DNA of 64,000 nucleotides from an uncultured delta proteobacterium (GTDB taxonomy: Bacteria; Desulfobacterota; Desulfuromonadia; Geobacterales; DSM-12255): contig CAWBBV010000024.1 in the NCBI GenBank assembly GCA_963787125.1, positions 64,001-128,000 of the forward strand, given 5' to 3'. Shown in pieces: positions 42,808 to 53,490 of the stretch. Each line of letters begins with the position of its first letter. Positions within the stretch are counted from its first letter, which is position 1. The position numbers were made by a program, and so were the translations under genes. The notes beneath the pieces were generated by a model. It worked only from the letters and a program-made list of their open reading frames with translations. It was not told the DNA's origin and made no database searches.

Positions 42808-44016
42808 ATGCCACTATACACATGTAAAATAGGCTCTGCTGACGGCAAAATCATCGAGAAGGAGTTTGAGGCCGTCAGTGCGGATATCCTCAAGCAAAAC
42901 CTGACTTCCCAGGGTTTTTTCGTTTTCAGTGTCAGTAAGAAGCCTTTTCAGTTTATCTGGAAAAAAGGTGCTTTACGTAAAAAAATCGACACCAAGGGTC
43001 TGATAACCTTCAATCAGGAACTGCTTGTGCTCATCAAGTCCGGTCTGCCGATTATGCATGCTCTCGATACCATCCTTGAGAGGATTGAAAAAGGGCGACT
43101 TGCCGAGGTTCTGGAGACCATCCGTGACGACATAAAGGGGGGGAGTTCGCTGTCTGATGCCTTTGAGCGCCATCCAAGCGCATTTGCCCCTCTCTACATC
43201 GCCTCTATCCGCGCCGGCGAACGCACCGGCGACCTTCCGCAGACGATAAAACGTTATATAACTTTTCTGAAAAAAACTGAGGGTTTCAGGAAAAAAGTCA
43301 TAACAGCCTTATTTTATCCGGCTATACTGTTATCAGTTGCTTTTGTAGCGATAACACTGCTGCTGGTTTATGTCGTGCCGACCTTCAGTCAGGTTTATGC
43401 AGACGCAGGCTCCAAGCTGCCAACGCCTACACTTATACTTATCGGTTTTACTTCAGTGCTGAAAAAGATTTTCCCGTTTTTAATTGGGGCACTCTTTTTG
43501 GGCGTGTATCTTTTTAAAAAATGGATTAATACAGACTCTGGCAGAATCACTGTTGACAGGTTTCTGCTGAGGATTCCAGTGCTCGGAGATATCTTCTCAA
43601 AGTATTCTATTGTCAGTTTTACCAGAACACTTGCCACTATTATTGAGAGCGGTATCCCGATAGTCGAGTCTCTTAAGATGTCGGTTGGAACCCTTAACAA
43701 CAAGATTCTTGAAGGGCGGCTGATATCCGCCATCAGGCGTGTTGAAGAGGGTGTCTCCTTGAGTGTCGCCATTGACGGGGCAAAGCTGATGCCCACCCTG
43801 GCTTTGCGTATGCTCAGTGTCGGGGAGTCGTCCGGTTCGCTTGAAGAGATGCTGGAAGGGATCTCAGACTACTTTGAGGAAGAGCTTGATCAGCGGCTTC
43901 ATCTGTTGAGCACAGCTATAGAGCCGGCAATAATGGTTGTTATGGGAGTTGTCATCGGGACAATTATCGTTACCATGTATCTGCCGGTATTCAAGATTGC
44001 CGGGACAGTCGGATAA
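42808..44016 (+). CDS. pulF: Type II secretion inner-membrane platform protein (GspF/PilC family)
   Basis: AGERTGDL, ALFYPAI, VGESSGSL, IEPAIMV..MYLPVF. Confidence 0.92.
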   Translation: MPLYTCKIGSADGKIIEKEFEAVSADILKQNLTSQGFFVFSVSKKPFQFIWKKGALRKKIDTKGLITFNQELLVLIKSGLPIMHALDTILERIEKGRLAEVLETIRDDIKGGSSLSDAFERHPSAFAPLYIASIRAGERTGDLPQTIKRYITFLKKTEGFRKKVITALFYPAILLSVAFVAITLLLVYVVPTFSQVYADAGSKLPTPTLILIGFTSVLKKIFPFLIGALFLGVYLFKKWINTDSGRITVDRFLLRIPVLGDIFSKYSIVSFTRTLATIIESGIPIVESLKMSVGTLNNKILEGRLISAIRRVEEGVSLSVAIDGAKLMPTLALRMLSVGESSGSLEEMLEGISDYFEEELDQRLHLLSTAIEPAIMVVMGVVIGTIIVTMYLPVFKIAGTVG

Positions 44017-44019
44017 TTT

Positions 44020-45741
44020 ATGAGTATTGCTTTTAGCAGAAAAAAAATCGGTGAGATTCTTGCGGAGCACGGTGATATAACCGTCGGCCAGCTGGCTTAT
44101 GTTGTCGAAAAGCTCAAGAGCAGCTCTTTACGTTTCGGTGATCTCTGCATTCAGGAAGGGCTGGTTTCGGAGGATCTCCTTTACAAGGCGCTTGCAGCGC
44201 AGTTTTCCCTTGAGTTTGTCGATCTTTCTGAATTCAGACTTGATGAGCAGGTGCTTGCGCTCTTCCCGGCTGACATAATCTATCGGTACACTTTCGTTCC
44301 TTTGGAGATTGTCGGGGAAGCCATTGCGATTGCTATCTCCGATCCTACTGACGTGGTGAAACTTGACGATCTCGAGCTTTTGCTCGACAGGCAGCTAATT
44401 CTCAAGATTGCCACCCCATCAAGCATTCAGTTGCTGCTGAAAAAAGGTGATGGTACCAGCCGGGTTCTGAAAGAAGTCTCTGAAGATTTCATGCTGCAGC
44501 TCGTCACTGAGACTGAAAAAGGCGAGGAGGTTCTCTCTGTTGAGGGGATATCTGCCGATACAAGTCCGATCATAAAGCTGCTTAATTCAACGATTATGGA
44601 TGCACTCTCCCGCAGAGCCAGCGATATTCATATCGAGACTGCCATGGAGGGTGTTGTCATCAAGTACAGGATTGACGGCGTTCTTTACAAAGCTACCGAC
44701 GTGATAGACATGCATTTCCAGGGGCCGATAATTTCTCGTCTCAAAGTCATGAGCGAGCTGGACATCTCGGAGCGCAGGGTTCCGCAGGATGGCCGTTTCA
44801 AGCTGCGTATCGGCAGCAAGTCCATTGACTTCCGGGTCTCCATAATGCCCAGCGCTTTCGGCGAAGACGCAGTTATTCGTATTCTTGACAAAGAAAGTAT
44901 TGCCAGTGATCTTAAAGGGCTGACTCTGAACGTTCTTGGCATAACAGAGCATGAGATCAAAAGGCTCAGAAAGATGGTGCGTGAACCCTATGGAATGGTG
45001 CTGGTCACCGGTCCGACAGGCTCAGGCAAAACAACCACGCTTTATGCCGCTCTGACTGAAATTCATACAGGTGAAGAAAAAATTATAACCATTGAGGATC
45101 CTGTTGAATATCTGCTTAAAGGGATCGTCCAGATACCTGTTAATGAAAAGAAGGGCCTGACCTTTGCCAAGGGGCTCCGCTCCATCTTGAGGCATGACCC
45201 TGACAAGATCATGGTCGGTGAAATTCGTGACTCTGAGACAGCACAGATCGCCGTTCAGTCAGCACTTACCGGACACCTGGTCTTTACTACCGTTCACGCC
45301 AACAATGCTTTTGATGTTATCGGCCGTTTCATTCATATGGGTATTGATCCTTACAATTTTGTTTCCTGTTTGAATTGCGTCATGGCGCAACGGCTGGTGC
45401 GAAAAGTTTGTCCCAAATGCAAACAGCCGGTCAAGTATAGTGATGAGCAGCTGCTTGAATCAGCCATAAATCCTGAGTTATGCAGGGATGTGGTCTTTTA
45501 CGAAGCAAAAGGGTGCGAAGATTGCAACAATACGGGTTATCGCGGTCGCTCAGCTATTGTCGAACTGCTCGATCTTACCGATGAGCTGCGAGAGCTGATT
45601 GTCTCAAAGGCTCCTGCCGCGGTTCTCAAAAAAGCTGCCCGTGAAGCTGGGACCATGTTTCTCAGGGAGTCGGCAGTGGAAAAGGTTTTTTGCGGTGAGA
45701 CCACTATCAAAGAAATCAACCGGGTCACTTTCGTGGAGTAA
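44020..45741 (+). CDS. pulE: Type II secretion ATPase (GspE/PilB family)
   Basis: ASDIHIE, GPTGSGKTT, TIEDPVE, LRHDPD, tetracysteine motif. Confidence 0.94.
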   Translation: MSIAFSRKKIGEILAEHGDITVGQLAYVVEKLKSSSLRFGDLCIQEGLVSEDLLYKALAAQFSLEFVDLSEFRLDEQVLALFPADIIYRYTFVPLEIVGEAIAIAISDPTDVVKLDDLELLLDRQLILKIATPSSIQLLLKKGDGTSRVLKEVSEDFMLQLVTETEKGEEVLSVEGISADTSPIIKLLNSTIMDALSRRASDIHIETAMEGVVIKYRIDGVLYKATDVIDMHFQGPIISRLKVMSELDISERRVPQDGRFKLRIGSKSIDFRVSIMPSAFGEDAVIRILDKESIASDLKGLTLNVLGITEHEIKRLRKMVREPYGMVLVTGPTGSGKTTTLYAALTEIHTGEEKIITIEDPVEYLLKGIVQIPVNEKKGLTFAKGLRSILRHDPDKIMVGEIRDSETAQIAVQSALTGHLVFTTVHANNAFDVIGRFIHMGIDPYNFVSCLNCVMAQRLVRKVCPKCKQPVKYSDEQLLESAINPELCRDVVFYEAKGCEDCNNTGYRGRSAIVELLDLTDELRELIVSKAPAAVLKKAAREAGTMFLRESAVEKVFCGETTIKEINRVTFVE

Positions 45742-45743
45742 TA

Positions 45744-46670
45744 ATGATTTTTCAAGGTAGATCCCTTGGGCTTGAAATACATCAATACGGCTACTCATGG
45801 GTACTTGCAACCGGTTCCCAAGACTCGCCAGTCATTGAACGCTACGAAGTCTCAAGTTTTTCTGATGAGATTCTCAAGCCATCTATAAAAGAGCCTAACA
45901 TCATAAAGCCGGCGTCTTTAGGTGCGTTGCTTGCCGAATCCTATCAAAAGCTGGCTATGGATATAAAAAGAGTCTCTTTATCAATCCCGGACACCTCCGG
46001 GAAAGTAATGATTATTGAGATGGATGCGCCGATAAAAAATAAGGAAGAGGGGGTTGATCAGGTTAAGTGGAAACTTAAAAAAAGTTTTCCGGTAGACTTA
46101 AGTGAACTTCATCTTGATTATCACCTATTAAAGGTGGATGACACCGGCAATTCAACACTTCTCGTCGCTCTGGCTTCACGGAAAATTATTAATGAATATG
46201 AAGAGCTGCTGCTCTCCATATCCCTGGAACCTTCAAAAATAGACTTTGCCACTTTCAATCAGTACCGGCTTTTTGCGAGTCGACTTGAGATTGATCAACA
46301 TCTGGCCTTTATTGTCTGTTTTAGAGGGTCGCTGACCGTAATGATTTTTCAGGATGGGACCCTTGACTTTTTCAGGAGCAAATTTATTAGTACCGCAGTA
46401 AACGATCCGGTGAGACTCTATCGTGAGGTAAACAGCTCCCTTCTTGTCTACTCTGATTCCAAAGGTGGCTTGAAACCGCAACGACTGTTTTATTATGCTT
46501 CTCCGGCAGAGAGAGCACTTCTTAGGAGCGTGATTTTTGAGGCTACTGGAGCGGAGCCGGCTCTTGTGGATACTGACGCCATGATCAGCGCAGCAAAACA
46601 GAAAATCGACAGAGCTATCCTGCCAGAGGTTCTAAGTGCACTGGGAGCAGCATCAAGGAGTCAGAGATGA
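45744..46670 (+). CDS. PilM-like T2SS assembly protein
   Basis: LGLEI N-terminus; actin-like PilM pattern; operon position. Confidence 0.75.
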   Translation: MIFQGRSLGLEIHQYGYSWVLATGSQDSPVIERYEVSSFSDEILKPSIKEPNIIKPASLGALLAESYQKLAMDIKRVSLSIPDTSGKVMIIEMDAPIKNKEEGVDQVKWKLKKSFPVDLSELHLDYHLLKVDDTGNSTLLVALASRKIINEYEELLLSISLEPSKIDFATFNQYRLFASRLEIDQHLAFIVCFRGSLTVMIFQDGTLDFFRSKFISTAVNDPVRLYREVNSSLLVYSDSKGGLKPQRLFYYASPAERALLRSVIFEATGAEPALVDTDAMISAAKQKIDRAILPEVLSALGAASRSQR

Positions 46671-47197
46671 ATTTCAACATTAACCTTGCTACGAAGGTTT
46701 ATGTCGATTTCAGAAAGGTCAATATCTGTTTTGCGATAGCAGGAGTTGTCGTCGCTTTCTGGTTGATGCTCTCGATCTATACTGCCGTTAATTATGCTGC
46801 TGAGATGCAGAAGCTCACCGACTACAAAGCAAAACTGAGCCATGGCACTAATGCAAGAAAAGTTTCAGAAAAGGAGTACACTGCCTTTCTTGCCAATCTG
46901 AAAAACGTAAATTCTATTCTTTATAAACGCTCTTTTGACTGGCTTTTACTGTTTGCCAATCTTGAACAGCTTGTTCCGGAGGGTGTCGCTTTAAGAGAGG
47001 TTGTGCCTGCTGATAAAGGTGCGGTTGTCAGGCTTTCCGGTAGCGCCAGAAGCTTTTCAGCGGTGCGCAGGTTCATAGAGAACCTGGAGAGCTCGAAGAC
47101 ATTCGGCGATATTTATCTGACCAGTCATACAGCTCTTAAAGACGGGCCTCAGAAAGGGATAACTTTCAGTGTTACCTGTAAGGCAATGCTCCTATGA
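46667..47197 (+). CDS. PilN-like protein
   Basis: INLA N-terminal motif, single TM, VPEGV..LSGSA..FIENLE. Confidence 0.8.
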   Translation: MNFNINLATKVYVDFRKVNICFAIAGVVVAFWLMLSIYTAVNYAAEMQKLTDYKAKLSHGTNARKVSEKEYTAFLANLKNVNSILYKRSFDWLLLFANLEQLVPEGVALREVVPADKGAVVRLSGSARSFSAVRRFIENLESSKTFGDIYLTSHTALKDGPQKGITFSVTCKAMLL

Positions 47198-47751
47198 ATA
47201 TATCTATTCTGAAGCAGATTCTGTTACTGAGGAAGCGGACGCTGATTTGTCTCGCCGTTCTTTTTGCCTTTGCCATTGCTCTGCAACTTTTTATCAATCA
47301 GTATCAGGTTCCAAGGGTCGAAAAACTCCAGGGTGAGTGGACAAAGCTGCGTGAGCAGGAAGGTCGAGGGGCTGCGCTCCAGGACAGGGACACCATTTAC
47401 CGAAACGGTATTGCTGATTTGGCAAAATTTCGTGAAAGGGTCTACCCGAAAATCCAGTTTGCCAGATTCATTAGTGATCTGTATGAAGTTGCAGCCAAAA
47501 ACGGTCTCGATCTTGTCGCAATCACCTATAAACCGACTCTCAGTACGGAAGAACAGCTATTGAGTTATGCTCTTACGCTATCAGTCAATGGTAACTATCC
47601 TCAGCTGAAAAGATTTATTTATGATCTGGGCTCCGGGGGGGGGAATATCCTGACGATTGACTCCGTCTCGATTACAGCAAGTGGAGTTGCAGCCGAAACT
47701 GTTCAGCTACAACTGCAGTTAACTTCATATTTCAGGATGGAGGCGCCATGA
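47194..47751 (+). CDS. PilO-like protein
   Basis: Single TM; VNGNYPQLKRFIYDL. Confidence 0.8.
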   Translation: MNISILKQILLLRKRTLICLAVLFAFAIALQLFINQYQVPRVEKLQGEWTKLREQEGRGAALQDRDTIYRNGIADLAKFRERVYPKIQFARFISDLYEVAAKNGLDLVAITYKPTLSTEEQLLSYALTLSVNGNYPQLKRFIYDLGSGGGNILTIDSVSITASGVAAETVQLQLQLTSYFRMEAP

Positions 47752-48362
47752 ACAGGCAGAGGGCCATCCTTGCGGTGCTAATCGCTGTTTTTGCCTGTTC
47801 GCTTGTTTACAGTTTTATTCGTATGCCGCGGCAAAAGAGAGTTGACAAGCTTACCTATCAACCGGGAATGACTGCGCAGCCGGTTAAACCGGTGCTTAAT
47901 AAGGATGTTGATTCGGTCAGAGTCAGACTTGATCTCCTTGAGAGGACTAAAGGTTTTGGGCCGACAGGGGGGAAAAACGTCTTCTTGCCGCTCTTCGAAA
48001 CTGGAATTAAAAAATCATCTGTTCCATTGCCACCGCCGCCACCACCACCAGTAAAGAATGTTGCACCACCACCTTCTCTGCAGGTGCAGGCGCCACCGCC
48101 ACAAACTATTGAGCCGACACCTTTGCAGCGCGATCTGGCGACATTTACCTTTCTCGGGTTTTTGAAGAAGGAGAATAGAAAGACGATCTTTCTATCCAAC
48201 GGTAAGGAGATTTTCGTCGTTAAGCAGGGGGATAAGATTGCCGGAAAATATGATGTGTCTGCCCTTACTGATGAAGCGCTTACAATCACGAGCCTTCAGG
48301 ATGGTGGTGAGATCGTTATCCCGCTTGTAGAAAACAGACCGCTTGCAGCACCGAAAAGATGA
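47748..48362 (+). CDS. PilP/GspC-like protein with poly-Pro linker
   Basis: N-terminal TM, PPPPPPP tract, FLGFL...VKQGDKI. Confidence 0.7.
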   Translation: MNRQRAILAVLIAVFACSLVYSFIRMPRQKRVDKLTYQPGMTAQPVKPVLNKDVDSVRVRLDLLERTKGFGPTGGKNVFLPLFETGIKKSSVPLPPPPPPPVKNVAPPPSLQVQAPPPQTIEPTPLQRDLATFTFLGFLKKENRKTIFLSNGKEIFVVKQGDKIAGKYDVSALTDEALTITSLQDGGEIVIPLVENRPLAAPKR

Positions 48363-48386
48363 CCCGCTTATTTTAGGAGACTGACG

Positions 48387-50967
48387 ATGAAAATCGTAAT
48401 GAAAATAGCCTTTTTGACAGTTATTGCAGCACTGACTGCCTGCACTGCAGGGCGCACATCATTTGACAAAGGACAGGACCTCGAGCACAACGGAAAGTAT
48501 GATGCGGCGGTGCTGAAGTATGCTGAGGCCGTCTCCATTAATCCTGACCTGAGCGAATACAGGCTCGCATTTCTCAGGGCAAGCGAAGCGGCAGCAAAGC
48601 TACACCTTAAGTCCGGTGATGAACTCTTTGCAGCAAAGCGCTATGATGAGGCGTATACCGCCTATGAAAGCGCCATGGTTATGGACCCTTCGCAAAGTCG
48701 TTCCAAGCAGCAGATGGAGCTGATAACCAAGTTTAGAAAATCTCAGCAGCTCTTTAATGAGGGAGCTGCCTATGAGAAAGAGAATAAAAATAAGGAGGCA
48801 GTGCGTTCCTACCAAAAGTCCCTAAACTTCAATCCGAGTAACAGGGCGTCGGCTGAAGCTGTCGAACGCCTGCTGAAAACAAGGAAAGTGAGGACTGAGG
48901 GGTTTGAACTGAACCTTAAATCAACAAAACCGATTACCCTTAAGTTCAAGGATGCCAAGATAAAGGATGTCTTCAATATTATAGCGCAACTTTCCGGGAT
49001 TAATTTCATTTTTGACGAAGGGGTTAAAGAGGCAAATGTTACGGTTTATCTTGAAAATGCGACCTTTCAGCAAGCTCTGGATATCATCTGTGGTATGCAT
49101 AAGCTGAACAGAAAAGCGCTTAATGAGAGCACCGTTATCGTTTACCCACGGACTCCGGATAAAAACAAGCAGTATGAGGAATTATACGTCCAGACATTCT
49201 TTCTTAACAAACTCGACGCAAAGAAAGCGGTTAATCTGATCCGGACGATGTTGCAGGTTAAAAAAATATATGTGAACGAAGAGATGAATACCCTCGTTTT
49301 ACGAGACTCAGCCGATGTAATTGAGGTGGCAAGACGAATACTGGAAGCCAATGATGTGCCTGACGCAGAAGTCGTGCTTGAAGTTGAGGTGATTGAAGTT
49401 GCCAAAAAGAATGCCGAGAGCTTCGGTCTTGCTTTAAGTCGGTATGCTGTCGATTTACATGCTACCGGGCCTGCCGGGAAATTCCTGAATTCTAACTTCG
49501 TTTCAACCGATACTGTTGCAGCTGCAAGCAACAACCTTACGACAGCGGCCGGTAATTCCGTTTCAGCGGCAACAACTCTTACCAGGTCTGACACGAGTCA
49601 GCTTGTTAATCTTTTCAGATGGGGTGATTACAACGGTTACATCACTGTGCCGAGTGCTACGTTCAATTTTGGAAAGACCCTTGGCAATGCCGAGACACTT
49701 TCGAATCCGAAGATTCGCGTCAAAAACAGAGAGAAGGCGAAGTTTAACGTCGGTACAAGAGTTCCGATTACAACAACTTCAAGTAACGGAGTCGGCAATT
49801 ACAACGTTAATGTTCAGTACGTTGATGTCGGCGTAAAGATAAATGCCGAGCCTACCATTCAACTTAACAATGATGTCAATATAAAGCTTGGCCTTGAGGT
49901 CAGCTCAATTCTTTCCAAGGAGAAAGTTGGCTCTGATGGCAATACAACTGTCGCAACCATAGGCACAAGGAACATGGACACCGTCCTTTCACTCAGGGAT
50001 GGCGAAACAAGTGTTATCGGTGGACTAATCCAGGACACTAAAAACTTTAATACTCAAAAAGTGTCTATCCTTGGAGATATTCCAATAATCGGCAATCTTT
50101 TTTCCAATAAGGAAAATGCAACAGACAAGACTGAGCTGATTCTGGCAATAACTCCGAGAATTGTTCGTGGCATAACTGTTTCTGATCCTGAAATCGCTTC
50201 ATTCTGGTCTGGTCTGGAGGATGATCCTTCAATAGCGAAACGATATGAGTCGTTTACCCCGGAGCCAGAGTTTTCTGTTCAGGCTAAAGTATCTGGCCCA
50301 CAGACAACTGACCAGGCGTCTCAGCAGAGCTTTGCTCAACCTCAACCTGTAAAACCACAAATTCCGCAGACACCACCGACTATCTCTGTTGTCGAGCCTA
50401 AACCCGTTGTTGACAAACCCTCAGGCTGTTACGAGTGCTCCTGCGGCTGTTCCTGTCTCTAACCTTAACGAGAAACTTCCCTTGATTGTCAGTCAGCCAA
50501 AACAGCCGGTTTCAGAGCCTGTCGCAGCACTTCCTCCTCCTCAGGTAAAGAGGATTGCTGTCAGAATTTCGGCGCCGGCCGTTGTGAAGCAAAACCAGTC
50601 GTTTACAGCCGATATCATTGCTTCTGAGGCTGACAATCTCATTTCTGCCCCTTTAACACTGGTTTTTGATCCGGCGATTCTTGAGGTTGTCACTGTTGCC
50701 GAAGGTGATCTTTTCAAAAAAGATGGTAAAGCAGCTCAATTTACCAATAAAGTGGATAATCAAGGCGGCCAGATTATTGTCAAACTCTCAAGAGATGCCG
50801 AATCCGGCGGGATCTCGGGTGGCGGCAAACTCTTTTCAGTGAGCTTTATGGCAAAGAATAAAGGACCTGCCAGTATCGGTTTTGTTGGGGTCAAGCTGGT
50901 TGGTCAGTCAGGCAAGACGATAGATTCGACACTTTACAACACAGTTGTTGAGGTAAAACAGCCTTGA
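48387..50967 (+). pseudogene. Secretin (GspD/PilQ family) with lipoprotein signal, TPRs and C-terminal cohesin-like domain; 1-nt frameshift near 50415-50420
   Basis: LTAC lipobox; NPKIRV, GETSVIGGL, LGDIPIIGNLF, ELILAITPRIV; Pro-rich linker continues in the shifted frame (ORF 50389-50967, LVFDPAILEV...GGKLFSVSF). Confidence 0.75.
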
Positions 50968-51461
50968 ATGGAGTTGCTTTTGGCAGAAAGGCTGGCTTAA
51001 GTCTGGTTGAGCTGATCATGACTCTCACGATACTTTCCATTCTGGCCTCCCTGATTATCCCCTCTGCCCAGATGATTTCCAAGCGGAACAAGGAGATTGA
51101 ATTAAGGAGAAATCTGAGAGTTATCAGGAATGCTATTGATGATTTCAAGAAGACTTACGAAAAAGGTGTAGATGATAAAAAAATAATCCCTAGTCTGAAC
51201 AAAAGCGGTTATCCCGAGTCGCTGGATATTTTAGTGGAAGGTCATGATTTTGGCGGTTTACTGAAAGAGAAGAAAAAATTTCTTCGTCGGGTACCTTGTG
51301 ACCCCTTTAGTAGCGACAGACAGAGATCATGCAAAGAGAGTTGGGGCGTAAGATCCTACACTGACAAGGAATGTTCGGATAAACTGGGAGATGATCTCTA
51401 TGATGTCTGTTCAATGAGCGATGCAACAGCCATTGACGGGACAAAGTACAAGGACTGGTAA
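50964..51461 (+). CDS. Pseudopilin (PulG-like)
   Basis: Prepilin site G|LSLVELIM; YPESLDILV; FLRRVPCDPF. Confidence 0.88.
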   Translation: MNGVAFGRKAGLSLVELIMTLTILSILASLIIPSAQMISKRNKEIELRRNLRVIRNAIDDFKKTYEKGVDDKKIIPSLNKSGYPESLDILVEGHDFGGLLKEKKKFLRRVPCDPFSSDRQRSCKESWGVRSYTDKECSDKLGDDLYDVCSMSDATAIDGTKYKDW

Positions 51462-51464
51462 GAA

Positions 51465-51875
51465 ATGAGATTTTTCAAAAGATTCAACAGAACCGGATTT
51501 ACGCTTATAGAGCTGATGATAGTCATGTCCATAGTCGGAATTCTTGCCGCTATTTCAGCGCCGAATTATCGCTGGGGGCTTATTAAGGCGAGGGAATCAG
51601 TTCTGCGCGAGCATTTGTATACATTTCGTTCAACGATAGATCAGTTTTATGCCGATAACGGCAAGTATCCTGACAGTCTCGAGGAGTTAATTAAGAGAGA
51701 GAAGCAGTATCTGCCGGCAATACCGACAGATCCTTTTACCGGGAAAGCTGATTGGATTCCAATTGGTCCTGCCGCACCGGCTGATGGGAGCAAGGTCGAA
51801 GGTTCTGTATCTGAAGTGCACAGCGCTTCAACCCTCGTCGGATCTAATAATGTCCCATACAATGAATGGAAGTGA
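51465..51875 (+). CDS. oxpG: Major pseudopilin (GspG/OxpG-like)
   Basis: G|FTLIELMIV; IDQFYADNGKYPDSL; IPTDPF; directly upstream of ftsE as recalled for Geobacter. Confidence 0.8.
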   Translation: MRFFKRFNRTGFTLIELMIVMSIVGILAAISAPNYRWGLIKARESVLREHLYTFRSTIDQFYADNGKYPDSLEELIKREKQYLPAIPTDPFTGKADWIPIGPAAPADGSKVEGSVSEVHSASTLVGSNNVPYNEWK

Positions 51876-51882
51876 CTGAGAG

Positions 51883-52560
51883 ATGATAGAGCTGCATAAC
51901 ACGACCGTCCAGTATCAAACAGATTCTCCGGCGCTTTCGGGTATCAATCTCAGTATTACCAAAGGGGAGTTTGTTTTCCTGACTGGTTCATCAGGTGCGG
52001 GAAAATCTACCCTGCTTAAGTTAGTATACGGGGCTGTTGAGCCGATTCGCGGACATATAGTTGTCGATGGCCAGAATCTGTCCAGAATGCCAAGAAAAAA
52101 TCTGCCGCTGCTTAGACGCAATATCGGTGTGGTTTTTCAAGATTTCAAGCTGCTAAATAACCGGTCGGTTTTTGATAATGTTGCGTTGACTCTCGAAGTA
52201 CTCGGCTGGGAGAGTAAAGATATCGGCAAGAAAGTCTACCATGTTTTGAAACGCCTGGGTATTGAACACAAAATGGATGCGGCGCCGCTGCGTCTTTCCG
52301 GTGGCGAACAGCAGCGTGTAGCTCTTGCCAGAGCTCTTGTCAATGAACCACGGATCCTTCTGGCAGATGAACCGACAGGAAATCTTGATGAGAGTAACAA
52401 ATCCCAGATTTTGCAGATTTTCAAAGAGGCTAATATTCGCGGTACTACAGTGTTGATCGCTACTCATGATAAAAGAGTTTTCAGTACAGTTCATTCCAGA
52501 GTTGTGCATCTGGTAAAAGGGGTTTTGCAGGAGGCCGATGATGTCACGCCAGCGGCATAA
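51883..52560 (+). CDS. ftsE: Cell division ATP-binding protein FtsE
   Basis: [36 protein letters not shown]. Confidence 0.95.
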   Translation: MIELHNTTVQYQTDSPALSGINLSITKGEFVFLTGSSGAGKSTLLKLVYGAVEPIRGHIVVDGQNLSRMPRKNLPLLRRNIGVVFQDFKLLNNRSVFDNVALTLEVLGWESKDIGKKVYHVLKRLGIEHKMDAAPLRLSGGEQQRVALARALVNEPRILLADEPTGNLDESNKSQILQIFKEANIRGTTVLIATHDKRVFSTVHSRVVHLVKGVLQEADDVTPAA

Positions 52561-53485
52561 CGTCAGACCTCAGGCTGCGTCCCTTGGCGGGGGAGGGCAA
52601 CTTCGCTACTTTACTTCAAAGGCGCTCACCAACCTTCGCGGCAACCGTCTGGTCACCCTGATTACTGTCAGTACCATCACCCTCGCGCTCTTGATAATTT
52701 CTCTGTTCATGCTGATTTACGTCAACTTGGAAGGGACGATCGATCAGTGGAGCAAAAAAGTTGTTGTGACCGTATATTTTGACAAGGATCCTTTGCCACA
52801 GGATTTAGCCGTACTCAAGAGCCGGATTAATGGTCTTCCCGGAACTGAAACAGTTCAGTATGTCTCCAGGGATGAAGCAATGAAAAAATTCCGCTCCCGT
52901 CTTAAAGGCCAGGAGTCACTCCTAGAGGGAGTCTCGGCAGATATTTTACCGGCGTCATTCGAGATTACCCTTAAAAAACAGTTTCGTGCTTCTGACGATG
53001 TAGCCCTTTATGTCAACAGACTCAAGCATGTTCAAGGTGTCGGTGAGGTGCAGTATGGTGAAGAGTGGGTAAAGAAATTTCTGACCTTTTTTCAGTTTAT
53101 CCGGATTCTAGGCCTGATGATCGCTATTTTTCTTATACTTGCAGTGCTCTTTATTGTTTCAAATACAATAAAACTGACTGTGCTCGCTCGTCATGATGAG
53201 TTGGAGATTCTTGCGCTTGTGGGGGCAACGCCGTTTTTTATAAAGGCTCCTTTTCTGATAGAAGGGATGTTGCAAGGGGCGGTCGGAGCGTTAGCTGCAG
53301 TTGCAATTCTTACCGCAGGTTATTACGCGCTGCTTGCCAATGCCGTTAACTTTCTTTCGTTCAATCCGGCCGATGCCGGGCTGATGTTTCTGCCGCTTTC
53401 ATACCTGGCTGCTCTCTTTACCGGTGGTGTCTTCCTTGGCTTTATCGGCAGTCTTGTGTCGCTCAAGAAGTTGATAGCCATTTGA
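52538..53485 (+). CDS. ftsX: Cell division permease-like protein FtsX
   Basis: NTIKLTV..RHDELEILALVGAT..FIKAPFLIEG. Confidence 0.95.
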   Translation: MMSRQRHNVRPQAASLGGGGQLRYFTSKALTNLRGNRLVTLITVSTITLALLIISLFMLIYVNLEGTIDQWSKKVVVTVYFDKDPLPQDLAVLKSRINGLPGTETVQYVSRDEAMKKFRSRLKGQESLLEGVSADILPASFEITLKKQFRASDDVALYVNRLKHVQGVGEVQYGEEWVKKFLTFFQFIRILGLMIAIFLILAVLFIVSNTIKLTVLARHDELEILALVGATPFFIKAPFLIEGMLQGAVGALAAVAILTAGYYALLANAVNFLSFNPADAGLMFLPLSYLAALFTGGVFLGFIGSLVSLKKLIAI

Positions 53486-53490
53486 GCGCC

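Noticed and set aside
48020..48105. CCA/CCG tandem repeats
   Set aside because: Encode an ordinary poly-Pro linker
50422..50462. Cys-rich tail CYECSCGCSCL on the secretin as a metal-binding motif
   Set aside because: Explained as out-of-frame reading after a frameshift
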